A stretch of DNA of 54,737 nt, the filler included, from Jimgerdemannia flammicorona (taxonomy: Eukaryota): NCBI GenBank assembly GCA_003990765.1. It is 2 parts of 2 records of this genome, joined end to end, with 100 filler letters (N's around TTAATTAATTAA, not from the genome) between each part and the next. Parts side by side here need not be neighbours in the genome. Positions count along the whole stretch, not along the records: positions 1 to 27,320 come from RBNJ01000640.1; 1 more part is not named here. The stretch is one strand, 5' to 3'. Each line of letters starts with the position of its first letter. The stretch's first letter is position 1. Position numbers and translations under genes: made by a program. Under the pieces are notes generated by a model, which worked only from the letters and a program-made list of their open reading frames with translations, had not been told where the DNA came from and did no database searches. Shown piece after piece: positions 1-12,374 of this stretch.

Positions 1-3
1 AAA

Positions 4-79
<76 letters not shown>
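1..79 (+). repeat. poly(A) tract, probably a non-LTR retrotransposon tail
   Basis: Near-pure A run at the window start, next to decayed LINE-like sequence. Confidence 0.7.
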
Positions 80-81
<2 letters not shown>

Positions 82-776
82 CTACCTAGATAGCATCTAA
101 ATCTATAGATAGTGTAGCAGTTATTAGTATAGTTAAATTAGTCTTATATAATATAACTGTGAACTAACTCAGCAGTTAGACAATCTCTTGATATGTCAGA
201 TCACACTTATACTATATAACTGCATTCTGATTCAGTAAGACACTAAGTACTATATTTATATTTAGTATAGTCTAGATAGCTTCTTACTAGTATAAATATC
301 CCCTCCTCTAGATCTCAGAATCTCAGACTCATATACATAAGAACAATCCTATAATATCCTTTTATACAACTACTTCTAGTATAGTAATATCATAAATAGC
401 AAATAAATCTATTTAATAATCCACAAACTACTCTTAAGTAAATCTACTCCTCATTAGGTCTCACTCTTAACTATATTATAAAATTTCCTAATTGAATATT
501 ATCTGCAGTAATATACCAATTCAACTAAGCTGGCTTTAGTTTTTTGAACTTTCTAAAATATAGAAAATCCTAAATATTCAGAACTAGTCCAAATAAGAAC
601 TTTGGTTAAGATGTCAATTTAATTTTAAAATTAATAAATATAGAGAATATACTCTATATGAAATTGATCTTAATCTTAAGAAAACAGTCTTCCAGAATAT
701 CTAGAACTTTAAGAAAACTCTTTTAGAACTATATAATAGTTACTTTAATAAGTAACTCTCTTATATGAAATCTAGG
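80..776 (+). mobile_element. Heavily C>T/G>A-mutated fragment of the LINE-like repeat also present at the right end of the window
   Basis: 371-776 aligns almost without gaps to the reverse complement of ~54335-54737. Extension to 80-370 is assumed from similar composition. Confidence 0.65.
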
Positions 777-779
777 TTG

Positions 780-2700
780 TAAGATTTAATAATATAATAT
801 TTTTCTAATAGTAGATCTGATATTATTATTGATTCTTCTCTTATATTATTATATGTTTTTCTTTATATTTCATTTTCAATTTTCTTTTTATTTATAAGTT
901 TTATAAGATCTCAAGCTAAATTGAGCTGAAATATATTCTAAGTCATTGTCAATCTGGTCATCTGATATATCAGATATGAATTGATGATTGCTATATCTAA
1001 TAACTAAAAGAAAAGTAGTATCTAAGTCTAAATAGCTATAATCTATATATTGTAATATATATAATATTAGTTAGCAATATTGACTTCTCTCATATAATAG
1101 TTATAATCATAATAACTTTTGGAATTGCTAGTTCCTTTTAGATATCATTTTTCTAGGTTTTTTGAACTTATATAGTATTATTGATAGTAGGTCTTAGATG
1201 ATATCTATTATGTATAATCTTCTATTCAGCTTCAATAAGTTTATAAATAGTTGTTAATATATACTATTATCTATCTATAGCAATGTTAGAATATTATCAA
1301 CTATTATATCTAAGATTATATTCTAATCATATATTGCTTTTTTACTAATCTTAAGTTATTTTGAGAATTTTTTTGACCTCTGTCTAACTATTCTATATAC
1401 TCTAATTCTCTTTGATTATAGATATTTAAATAATACAATACTGGAGAAGTAATTATCTATATAGATATTAAATATCTATATATTGAGTAGCAACTGTTCA
1501 ATGAGATGAATAATAGTAGATACTATTTTACTAAGCCTTTTAATCAACTTAACTTCTCTATTATTGATAGTATACAAAGTTCTATATATGACTATAATTA
1601 TATAATATATTAATATTAAAGCCTTTACAGATTGGTTTACATTTATATCAGTATATATATGTATATCTTTACTTTTACTTGAAAATTATACAGTCATCTC
1701 ATTGATCACTATATTGAAACTTGAGAGATAGATTGATTAGAAAGTTTTTTAGATGTAAGAAAGTAGTAGTTCAAGCTTTATATAATAGTCTCTATTATAA
1801 ATACTATGCAGGAAGATGTAAAGGTATTGTTTGATTTATTGAAACCAATAATAAGACATATATTTAAGTATTCTATATACTGGTTTTTGAATATTATTAT
1901 TCCATATCTAGTCCAGATCTCTGTCTATATGGAAAATACCAAAGTATATACAAATAGTGATGAAGATAATGAGTTCTGATATCATTAGATCTTTCTACAT
2001 TCTGCTAGTCTCTCTGGAACCCTTGACTGCAATATAATAATTTATATTAATAATAATAGTTTTCAGCATTATGTCAGAAAAAAAGAGATGAAAAACCTCA
2101 ATAATAGATGAGTTTTTACTAAGATAATCAGGAAGAACAGAGTATTTTGAGAGAATAGGTTTTGTGTATTTGAGATATATAAAGACAGAAATATTAAATA
2201 AGGCTCATTTTTTATTCTTTTCTTTACTAGAGTCACCATTGTTCAATTTAGTAATTGATACTATTGATAATTTGTTTTTGTCTATCAATAATTTATTTTT
2301 ACCTATTGATGATTTGTTTTTACTCTCCTTTGGTCTTTCTCTCTTTTGTTTAATAGTTTCATTGATATTCTATATTATCTGTTTTTCTTTTTCTTTACTG
2401 AAGGACTTGCTGATAGATTTATCAATATATTTATCAACTAATTCATTATTATAATTATTATTATCAAGGTCTTTAAAGTCATCAAGTTACTCATCATCAG
2501 TTTTATCAGTTTTGTTAGTTTTATCAGTTTTATTATATTGAAACATATTGGTTTTGTTATTGGTTTCATCATATTAGAATATATACATATGAGGTAATAA
2601 AGATTATATGAGGTGAGTAGGCTTTTATTTTTTTTATTAGTCACTATATCCTTTGTTTATTATATCTTTTATTTACTACATCCTTATTTACTATATCCTT
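780..2700 (-). mobile_element. Decayed piggyBac-family (DDE_Tnp_1_7) transposase relic
   Basis: Minus-strand translation across stops gives piggyBac motifs in order: YMSYYWFQ*IKQYL (~YMSRNRF..IKRYL), NIVINEMTV*FSSKS (~VAIDEMMVRFSGRS), KPICKGF, IYIDNYFSS, L*IDN (~WMDN), DYNYYMREVNIAN*L (~DYNHYMGGVDIADQL), LLDIAIINSYLIY. Core is ~900-2150; an acidic N-terminal relic lies at ~2400-2600. Ends not resolved. Confidence 0.85.
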
Positions 2701-2736
2701 GTTCTCTTTATTTGATAATCATAGTAATATATAGCT

Positions 2737-2850
<114 letters not shown>

Positions 2851-3968
2851 CCCATCCTACATATTCGATCTCAATTGTTTGTACGATGGCTTGTGCCTTG
2901 CATATTATAAATTTTTATTCAACTTTGGTACATGAACGCTTCCTTACGGTCTCTTCCGCGTTCCCTGTCTGGATTTCTACCGTGGTCCGCACACTGTGCC
3001 TCCGCTGTTTTTGGATAATTGTATCATAGCCCATTCTCCCACTCTTACTCTCGTCACATTCGTACAGTTCGGTCTATTTACGCTGGTATGGAAGTAGCCA
3101 TCCATTTCCCTGTGACGACTTTTCTTTATCTTCCCCTTCGACTTCTCTTTTTGTATGTATGTATATATAGAGAGAGGTCGTTTAGATCCTCGATGGTTGA
3201 CGTCTATTTCAGCTGCACCATCCTGCGATAGTCCTGGATATATTATATATTTTTATCACACCTGGTTGAACAGTAGGCGCTCGTCCAACATATCAATATT
3301 GGAAATTTGCGGTTACGTGGGGCAATGGATAAGTGGACGCATAATGGTGGTCTCTTTCAGCACCTCTCTCTCAAAAAAAAGGTAACTCTGTTCCACAGTA
3401 AGATAGTCCAAGAAATGCATTGCTGCGCTGTCGTAGGGAAGTGGAAGGCTAATTATTTTCATATTCCCAATCCTGGTGTTATGACCATTTCTCTCCACTG
3501 TATTGTATCTCTCATCTGTGAAGGATAAACCCCGTGGAAAAATAATTACAGCACATCATTAATCATCGAGTGTCCTCGCTGACTTCCATCTCTATGGGGA
3601 TTAGACCACAATACACATGCCAAAATTAAAGGACACACGATCGATGCATTGACGTGTAAAATAAAGAAAGAGAATGAAATTGATTGAATTTTATACGAGA
3701 TTGATTCTCATCTAAAGCGGTATAATTATAATTGAATATGTGGAACATATTCGCCTGCTGCAGAGAGAACAGGATATGCGGAACAAGAACAGAATGTGTA
3801 TGGTCAAATTTGCAAATTGACATGTGGGAATAAATGTTACAGTAGGAATCAAAAAATCGACCCCAATGTGCATTTATGCCGGTACATTCCCAAAATCTAT
3901 GTATATCAATTGTCTAGTTCTCGATGATAATGCCGCTTACCGTCACGAATTCCCCTCTGTTGTCACTG

Positions 3969-5159
3969 CTAAGATGAGTTGGTAGTATGGTAGACCATAT
4001 AACCTGGCAGGCCATACACACCGAATCCCATGGCTTTAGCCATTTTGGCAAAGCCTTCGGTTTCCATTTGATGCTGAAATGGGTAGGCAGGGAAATTGGC
4101 ACCTTCGCGATGAACTTGGGCTTTCACAAGCGTAAAGGTACCACCGACACCATCCAGTGGGAACTTCGCGAATTTTCCCAAATGGGTAGGCATATCGATC
4201 AAGAGCAAACGGTGCGTGACGAATTCCCAATAGCCTGACGAAGCAAAGTTTAAATGAAATGTGAGCTTCATAGCTACCTAATTGTTGGCAATATGACACA
4301 AATAGTCGTTCATACCTTCGAGAAAAACGAAGTCAGGATCAAGATCTTTCTGGAGGGCGAGAGACTCCTCCGTCTCTTGCCAATTGTTTTTGTCATAACC
4401 CCAGAATTGACCGTCTTCGCGCTTCAACAGACAGTTGGGCACCACGACGTCGACGTTCACGCTCATCAGATCCTCCAAGACGGTCTCCGGATAATCAACA
4501 ATGTCCACATCAAGCCACAGTACCCACGAGTGCTCCTCGTTGAGGGCGGTATTCAGCAAATAATTACGAGAGCGGGCCATTACAGAACGCCTAAGGGGTT
4601 GTAACGCATATGTGTGGCGTTTGTCCTCCGGCAGTTCATAATGGAAGTCTTTTTCGAAAACTTGGATGCGATGGAAGCGATCCGCGCGGTTAGGGCGGTT
4701 GAGGAAAATGTCGGCGTATTCTTTGAGCATTTGAACAGTATCGTCGGTAGTGTCGGAGACAAGAAACGCGATGGAGATGAGCTCCTTCGGATAAGATAAG
4801 CGATCAAGCAACTCAAAGTGGCGTCCGAGATACGGAGAAGCATTCTTGAGAGGTGTAAGAATCAGGATATGTTCCCTTCTTTCTTTCGGGTGGGTGGTTG
4901 CGTTGAGAGTGTTGAGATTGAGGAACGTGAATTGACTAGGGACTAGAAAAGCCGCTTCCATCTCTGCTGGGTTTGTTGTTGTCCAACGATTATCCGTACA
5001 CTGAGACTCCCAACCGCGACTACTCGGACTCAAAAGGGCGATGTAGATCACTGCAATACAGATCGCAGACAAGATGGCGACGAGAAACCGCTTGCTCAGT
5101 CTAACGTTGCTCGAGAAGACCCGCGAGGTCTTCTCATATACGCTTGTGTTAAACATCAT
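3969..5159 (-). CDS. Anp1/Van1/Mnn9-family (GT62) Golgi mannosyltransferase subunit; exons 5159-4316 and 4234-3969
   Basis: Type II TM anchor, ILILTPLKN, RRSVMARSRNYLL, WVLWLDVD (DxD), LDGVGG, HREGANFP and ETEGFAKMA motifs. An 81-nt GT..AG intron (4315-4235) restores the frame (EGYWEF). Paralogue identity within the family not resolved. Confidence 0.92.
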
Positions 5160-5880
5160 CTATGAGTGTTCCTCGAGAAAGTTTTTTTGGCGGTATTAAA
5201 GTATTGTACTCTGAAGGATCTAGATGACCAACACATTCATAAAAGACCGACCACCACTGTGTAACCCACACGTCAATTAAGAGTGAACGCGCCGTGTGCA
5301 ACTAGTTCGTGGAAAAGCCACATATTCCACATATTGCTTGCACTTTTGTAATCTAGTAGACTCTACCATTGGCCGAGTTGCTTGTTCCATTTTTGCCGGA
5401 TGATCCTATGTCAGTTTAATTATCAAACGTATTTTATTTTTTATTTTTAAGTGCAATGCAGCAGAAATCGTGTACAAGCTATACGATGTCAAAAACAGAA
5501 ACAAAGTGTGCAATCTAAAGAAAAGATCAATGCTACAATTTCTCCAAGCAGAATGCATTGCTAGAATCCCTTCTATTGTTATCTGGATCGAGTTCATTCA
5601 GTTAGTTGGCCTATAATTTATTCTTTTTTCTTAGGATTCTTCATTGGTATCGGTAGTTTCCAGTCTCTTGAAAATCCCAAAGCTTAAGCTGGTCAATCAA
5701 TGCGTTGATTAATATATCCATCTCATTGAGAGCATTAGTTATAAATATCTAACAAATATATTAAAGGTTAAATTTTGATTAGATTAGAATACTAAGGACA
5801 GCATATGAGAAGATATTATAAAATATAATTTAGTATATATTAGTTATATTTGACTTTATTTTTTTTTAATTTTTAATTTT

Positions 5881-5925
<45 letters not shown>

Positions 5926-6099
5926 ATCAATATATAACTTATTTTTTTTTTAGTAATTATTAATATATGGCTCATTTTTTATAATATATAGTAATATATA
6001 ATTCATTTTTTCCTTATTAGGCAATTGACATTTATAGCAATGATCTATATATTATATAAAGAGTTTTTCTGAAAGAGTAATAAGTTATATACATCTATC

Positions 6100-7240
6100 T
6101 TTCAATATCTATCTGTAGTTTATTTTCAGTCTTAATAAAGTTTTAGTATAATACTTTATATAGAAAATTTATTAGTAAAAGATCTGACATTTCTCAGATA
6201 ATAACTGCTATGCTAAGCCACTAAGTTATATATATATATTAATAGTTATTGTTTATGATATTTCAACATCTGTATAGGTTAATTTTTAGTCTTAATAAGT
6301 TCTATGTTGATATTTTATATAGAGAATTTATTAGCAAAGACATTATAAAAGATTTAATATTTTTCAGGTAATGACTATTCTTATTAATAGTATAATGACT
6401 TGATATATATCTAAACTAATAAAATTTGACATAGGGTTATAGGAGTCTATAAGTAATATTAAAGAGAATATGTGGTGTTAAAAGTAGGCTCTTCTTGCTC
6501 TCAAATATACTTAAAAAACCTATAATATAACTCATTCAAAGCTGTTTTTCTTTCTTCAGTATATATGATCCTAATCTATTATTTTACTATATATTACCTT
6601 AAGTAGTACTGACAAAAATATACTTCTTTCATATCTACTGTCTTCAAGGATATCTATCACTCTATTATCTCAAGAGCAGCTATAGTAGTTGAGACTAATT
6701 ATCTCTTAGTAAGGCTCTGGTTTTGTGAGATCCTCTATTTGGTTTCTTTGATAATGTTTTTGGGCCTTTATATATACCCATATATATACCCATTGTTATC
6801 TTCTATTACTTGAAAAGCCCTCTTTCCTGAACTTAAAGATATATAGTTAGAGGGTATATAAGTGAGTAGGCAGATATATAGGTGAGCAAATGGACAGATA
6901 TATAGGTGGGTATATAGGTTAGTAGGTAAAGTCTTTACTGTATTCTACTGCAATCTATAACTCTAATACTATCTGGTTTATTTTTGGCCTCAACAGGGAC
7001 TATTTTGATGCTTTATATAAGAAATTTATTAATAATAGCATTATAAGAGAACTAATATTTTTTGGGTTAATAGGTTGATAGTCAGTAGGTTGGTTGGTTG
7101 GCAGATCAGTATACTAGTCTATACTATATTCTGTACTGTATTATTATTCTTCACTATATTCTACTAATAATTAGTTCATTTTGATTTATATAGAGAATTC
7201 ATTAATAACAATATTGATATTTTTCAGGCAATAATCATAT
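6100..7240. repeat. Four dispersed copies of a ~60-100 bp motif in a decayed element
   Basis: Variants of tttatatagagaatttattag..gatatttttcagg at ~6155, ~6315, ~7012 and ~7185. Confidence 0.55.
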
Positions 7241-7494
7241 ATAGACCCTGGCTAGTATAGCTAGTAAATATAAATATTTTGTAAATATATTTACCTATAT
7301 TCATATATATAGTCTATTGCTTATATATAAAGTATAGACTGTTTTTGCTCTGAACTTTTATATATATATTTACCTATATTGGAGTTATATATATACTTAT
7401 CTTATGAGTGAGTATATATAGTATAGAGTGAGATATTTTATACTAAATATATTTATAGGCAAATTTGCCTATACTATAGAAAAAGAGTTAATGA

Positions 7495-7653
7495 TACTAA
7501 GAATATTAAATTTGGATATATATTGCTGAGTTATCAAGGAAAACATCTGACTAATTTTAGAAATTATTTGACTTATTAATTTAGAAATTTCTTTAAAAGA
7601 ATATTTTTCTTAATAGCTCAGTAATGTATAATTCAATTTTAATATTCTTAGTA
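7495..7653. repeat. Imperfect ~55-bp inverted repeat (foldback)
   Basis: tactaagaatattaaatttggatatatattgctgagttatcaaggaaaa pairs with tttttcttaatagctcagtaatgtataattcaattttaatattcttagta. Confidence 0.7.
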
Positions 7654-7845
7654 TTATTAGAAAGGCCCTATTAAAGGCTTTCAAATGATACTAAGATTAT
7701 CAAAATTAGATAATTATTTATTGAGTTATTGATATAAATATTTAATTGTCTAATTTGGAAATTAAAATAATAGTTGATCTTAATGGAATTCAATTTAAAT
7801 TCAATCTGAATTTATTTGGATTAAATTGACTTATTTAGAGCACTG

Positions 7846-8503
7846 ACTTTGAATACTACTTTTACTAAACATCAGAGACTAAAGAGTATGAGAGCTATTT
7901 GCTGTCTTATTATTAGAGTCCTTATAATAGTATATTACTTAAAATTATCAATAAAGATAATAATTAATTCATCTATAGAATACTGGTGGTCTCATATCTA
8001 TTCTGTCTAGATGTTTTAGTTTAGTTTATATAGTTGTTTGGATAATAGTAGTTGTTTATTATTCAACTTGAAAGTGAGAGATTTATTTTGAATTACCAGT
8101 CAATGAGTACTAAGTTATAATATAACAGATATCTAACCTCAGAAGTATATATAGTAAATTTCTGTATTTTGAAACTTAATTTTATTCTGACTCTTGCAGA
8201 GTCCTTAAAGTATAGAAGTATGAGTTTGAAGTATATCTATCTATAGACTTACTAGTTCTCTTACCTTCTCTTTACTTTGAACTATTTTTATCTAAGATTT
8301 ATTTACTCTAGATATTGTGATATTTATATAAGTTTGCTAGCTATAAAGTGACTAAGTTATGAGTTTTTTTTTGCAAGTATTGAATCTTTTGATATTTATT
8401 AAGATTTCAATAATTGTAAGAATTTCAATATTTATAAAATAACTGCTATTTGTAAGACTATACTATATTTGAGAATTAGATTCAAATACTGTAATCAAAT
8501 GTC
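7846..8503 (-). mobile_element. Fragment (LTR 3' part, PBS region and gag start) of LTR family C
   Basis: The reverse complement aligns with ~31610-32310, and its LTR part with 33360-33793. Confidence 0.8.
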
Positions 8504-8920
8504 TTTTTTTTTTTTTATAGTCACTTGGACTCCTCCTTTATTACACCCATCTATCTCATATAAGTACAGTGAACCCACCCCCTATTCAATTCCCCTAGGG
8601 GGGCCCCTCCTCTCTACCCCTTCTCGATGAAACACCACTCTATCAAATATAATCCCCACCCTCCCACCACTCTGTTTGCATATCCTCACCACCAAACCTC
8701 GCTATCGCCCCCCAGAAGGACCCCAACCTATCCACCATCCAGTCATCAGATCCCCCAACAGCTCCTCTCACCTTAAAACCTTCTCCTGTAGGCTCATCTG
8801 CCACCCCTCCTCAAACACAAATAGCCAATGTATCGCCAATTCTATCCAAACTACTAACACCCACCTGATAGTGAGCCAACTATCACCCACCCCCACTATA
8901 ATCAAATGTCTATTCCTCTA
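8504..8920 (-). mobile_element. 5'-truncated LINE 3' end with poly(A) tail
   Basis: T run at 8504-8517 with AATAAA (tttatt at ~8537) on the minus strand. G-rich 3' region homologous to 14460-14580. Confidence 0.65.
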
Positions 8921-9491
8921 ATTTATATTACTAATTCAGATCAACTATTATAATACATATTAATATAAATAATAATTATAAAATTAAATAATTATATTAA
9001 TTTTAAACTAGTTAATATACTATTAAATATTATAAAAAAAAGTAGACAACTATTATTAATAAAACTACTAGCTTAAACTACTTATTTTTAAATTAAGGTT
9101 TTATACTTATTTAATTATCAGATAAAATAATCTTAAAGAGTAAAATGTATATTTTTATAATTAATTATTATAAAATAAAATATAAAATAACAATATATTA
9201 AAATATCTTATTATAACTTAATTTAATATTATAAAAATTATTTATTTTATATTTTAATAGATTAAAAAATAAATAAATAAAATAACCATATATTCGTATT
9301 ACAACCATGACATTGAGATTGTTAAATTGTCAAATACATGATAGGCCGCGGTAAACTTTGTATTTAAATTTTGTATTTGAACCCAAACATTACGTAAGGG
9401 GTATTTATTTTTAATTTTTTTCGTCAACGACTTCCTCAAAACATATGCAAAACTCCGCAATCCATCAAATCCTCCGCCCCCTCACAGATCC

Positions 9492-12164
9492 CTAGTTCTT
9501 CCTATCGATTGCCGCCAACATATCCATCATCTTCCCAATCGCCAGCCTCCTCTCCAACGTCTCTCCATGCGCCTTCGACGCCTCTCCTCCACTGGTCCCA
9601 CTCTTGCCGCTCACGTCCCCGTCCTCCAAGCCTGCTGCGTCCTTGGACGCAAACCTATGCCCAAGAATGCGCTCGATCGCCTCGAGGTCTCGTGTGGTTG
9701 GGTGAAGGGGCATATCTTCCTCCTCTGCCGTCTCGCCCTGGCTATCAAATCGGAGCTGTGCGAGGGCGCGACGACCGGGCCCGCGCTCGTACCAAGCGAT
9801 GAAGAGCAGGACTGGTAAAAAGGTTATCGTTATGAAGCGACGTCGGGCGTGGCGGTAGGTACGGTGAGAAAAGAAAAGGCGCAAAGGAGTCAGGAGGACG
9901 AGGCCGATAAGGTTGAAGGGTGAGGGGAGGTCGTAACCGGCCTCGAGGAGGGAGAGGGTCTTGAAAGTAAAGCTGGTGAGGTATTCGGCCTGTGTGGTTA
10001 GTGGAAGGGTGAGGAGGAGGATAGATTGGTGAAAATGGGTGTTAAAACAGATGAAAAGTTGAATTTTTGGGACATAGGATAGGACTTCCATACCTGAGAC
10101 TTGTCGATCACGTTCTGGAACGAGGTGGCGAAGAGTGAGAACAGCAACGACTGCAGGATGACCACGCTGATGAAAATAAACATAACGTAGAGGATATGAC
10201 CAAGGATGGGGTGGAAATCGGCCGCGAGTTCGAAATCGGGGGAGCTGAGGGGCGGGCAGGTATGTGGGCAGGTTCAAAATTGGGGCACATCTTAGCCATT
10301 GGCCGAAAAGCTATCAAGCGCCAAAAATTGGTTTCACCGACATCCCTCGTAAGAACCGCCACCCACCACCACTATACGTTCACACGAAATACTCACGACA
10401 AATAACCCTGAATCAATAAACCCACGATCTTCTTAAAATCATCATGCTGCAAATCGGACCTAAGCGCTAAGAACGCCTGCGAAAACCCAAGCAGAACCCA
10501 GATGAGGAGGAAAAAAAATATGATGCCATCCTTGAACATGGACTGCAGGATGATGGCGTACGACCCGAAATAGCGCCACGAATCGAGAATGGACAGGACA
10601 CGCATCCAGAGAAAGATGGCGAGCGTGGAGAGAACATCGAAGGCTGTATTGTTGAGTTGCTGGCGGTGTTCCGAGTCCAGCGTCATCAGAGCCACGATGC
10701 GGAGGGTGAAGGCGCCGGTGAAAATGAGATAGATGAGGAAGGAGAGGCAGTTCCAGAGGGAATAGAAGTAAAAGAGGCCACCTTTCCAGATCTGGGGGGT
10801 GGGGTGGGGAAGGCAGGGTAAAGAGAATGAGAAATTCAAGTCGGGCACAGAATAGGTTGTAACGTGCCAAGAAGAGAGTGTAACCCACCTGCTGGAGCTC
10901 GTCGACTACGTTCCCGGCTACCACAATGTACACGAACCACTCCAGCAAGCCTGGGGCGGCCGTCCTCGCCTGGTTGACCACGACGGAGTACAGCACCAGA
11001 AAGAAGAGCGAGAGGATGATATTAATGATGTTCTGATATCTAATTGAGGGAGGGCATTACGCGATGAGAAATAACATCTCGATTCCATGTGGATGCCTAA
11101 ATGACCTGAAAGTATAACCTCATGCAGAATGCAACGCCCGAATCATCACCAGGGACGAAACGAAAAGTGCACTTACTTTGGCACCACCAACCGATCGGCA
11201 TTGATGAAGGCCCGTTCCCGGAGGTCGCCGTCGCCCTCGTCGACGGTATAGACAATCCTGCCGTCATCATCGGGCATGATGGCGCCGTTCCAGAGGGCCT
11301 GGAGGGTTATCGATGGGAGGGGAGGTAAGTTTCTGAGGCATGATTGGTGTGGCTCAGACAAACCGACAGATCAAACTTGATAGATACGTGGGTTTACCTC
11401 GACGCATTTGGTTACTTCAGGATCGGACAAGAAAATGGTTGCGTGCAGGTCCACTGCGAGCTCGAGGGCTGGAAGGAAGTCGTAGGGGGGAGGAGGAGGA
11501 GGAATTGGGGAGGATTTAAAAGATGGTAGTGCGTGTTGTAGTCACAGCGGCTATTTGCCGGACAAGACTGTAAAATTGGATGTATATATTACCGTCCTTT
11601 AGGCGGCCGAAACGCTTTTCGCGCTTCTTCAGCAGAACCTCGGTGAATAGATCGGTTCGACTGTTATACTTGCTGACGCTGGTGATTTTCGAGGCAAAAG
11701 AAAATAAGATTGATCTCGGGATTATCGAAGCCAATCAACAATTACCTCCCTACAAGCGTTTTATTTATTTATTTAATAATAAAAACTCACAACCGTCTCG
11801 CCAGCAATTCTGCGGCCAGCGCGCGAACGTCGAACACGTCGCTCCATTGCGGATACAGCTCGCTCTGTCGCTGGAACTTCTCCATGCATCTGAGAGCGCA
11901 GTATGGAAGGCTGTTGCGGTCCTCGCAGACGGCGCATGCGTCCTCAATAAACTGATCGGTGATGACGGAGGAGTCGCGCGGGGTGATCAGGGTGCGGTCT
12001 GTGGCGGGTGTGATGGAAACAGTGATGTAGGTGCGGAGGTTGTGAATGGAGGTGCGGACAGGGCTGTCGTGCCATTCCTCGGGTTCCGGGCGGCTATAAC
12101 GGCGGTGGAGGAACTTTGTGGGCGGGAGGAGCGGAGCCCGCTCGTGTGGGCTCGTGGTGGTCAT
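9492..12164 (-). CDS. YVC1: Vacuolar TRP cation channel, Yvc1/TRPY1-like (multi-exon)
   Basis: Spliced model: ..ELLARRF|VSKY.., ALELAVDLHATIFLS, ALWNG, RLVVPK|YQN, six hydrophobic segments (SLWN, LWMRVLSILD, YFGSYAIIL, PAFEFAADF pore loop, SLLFSLFATSF) and PSPFNLI in the C-terminus. GT-AG introns traced for the first exons. Confidence 0.85.
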
Positions 12165-12374
12165 GGAGGGGGAGAGGAGCAGGGACTGTTATTTGTGAGG
12201 CATCGGCTGATTGACATTTTTTTAAGGGAATGGAGCTCGGCGTGGGAAAGAGGGTTGCGGTAGTGCGTCATCTATATTATACAGAGCCAATTCTCTTGGC
12301 ACGGAGAGGGAGCGAGCAAAAGCGACGCGTTTGTTTGCCTATGGATAAGCCCGAAAAAGCGCGCGGCCGAAACC

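Noticed and set aside
2164..2644. Hydrophobic Ile/Leu/Asn-rich ORFs (also 34313-34562 and 36899-37084)
   Set aside because: Compositional artefacts of A/T-saturated hypermutated repeats.
11580..12263. 227-aa + strand ORF and other long antisense ORFs over HEM3, PKA, RRP46 and CET1
   Set aside because: Shadow frames of GC-rich coding exons on the opposite strand.
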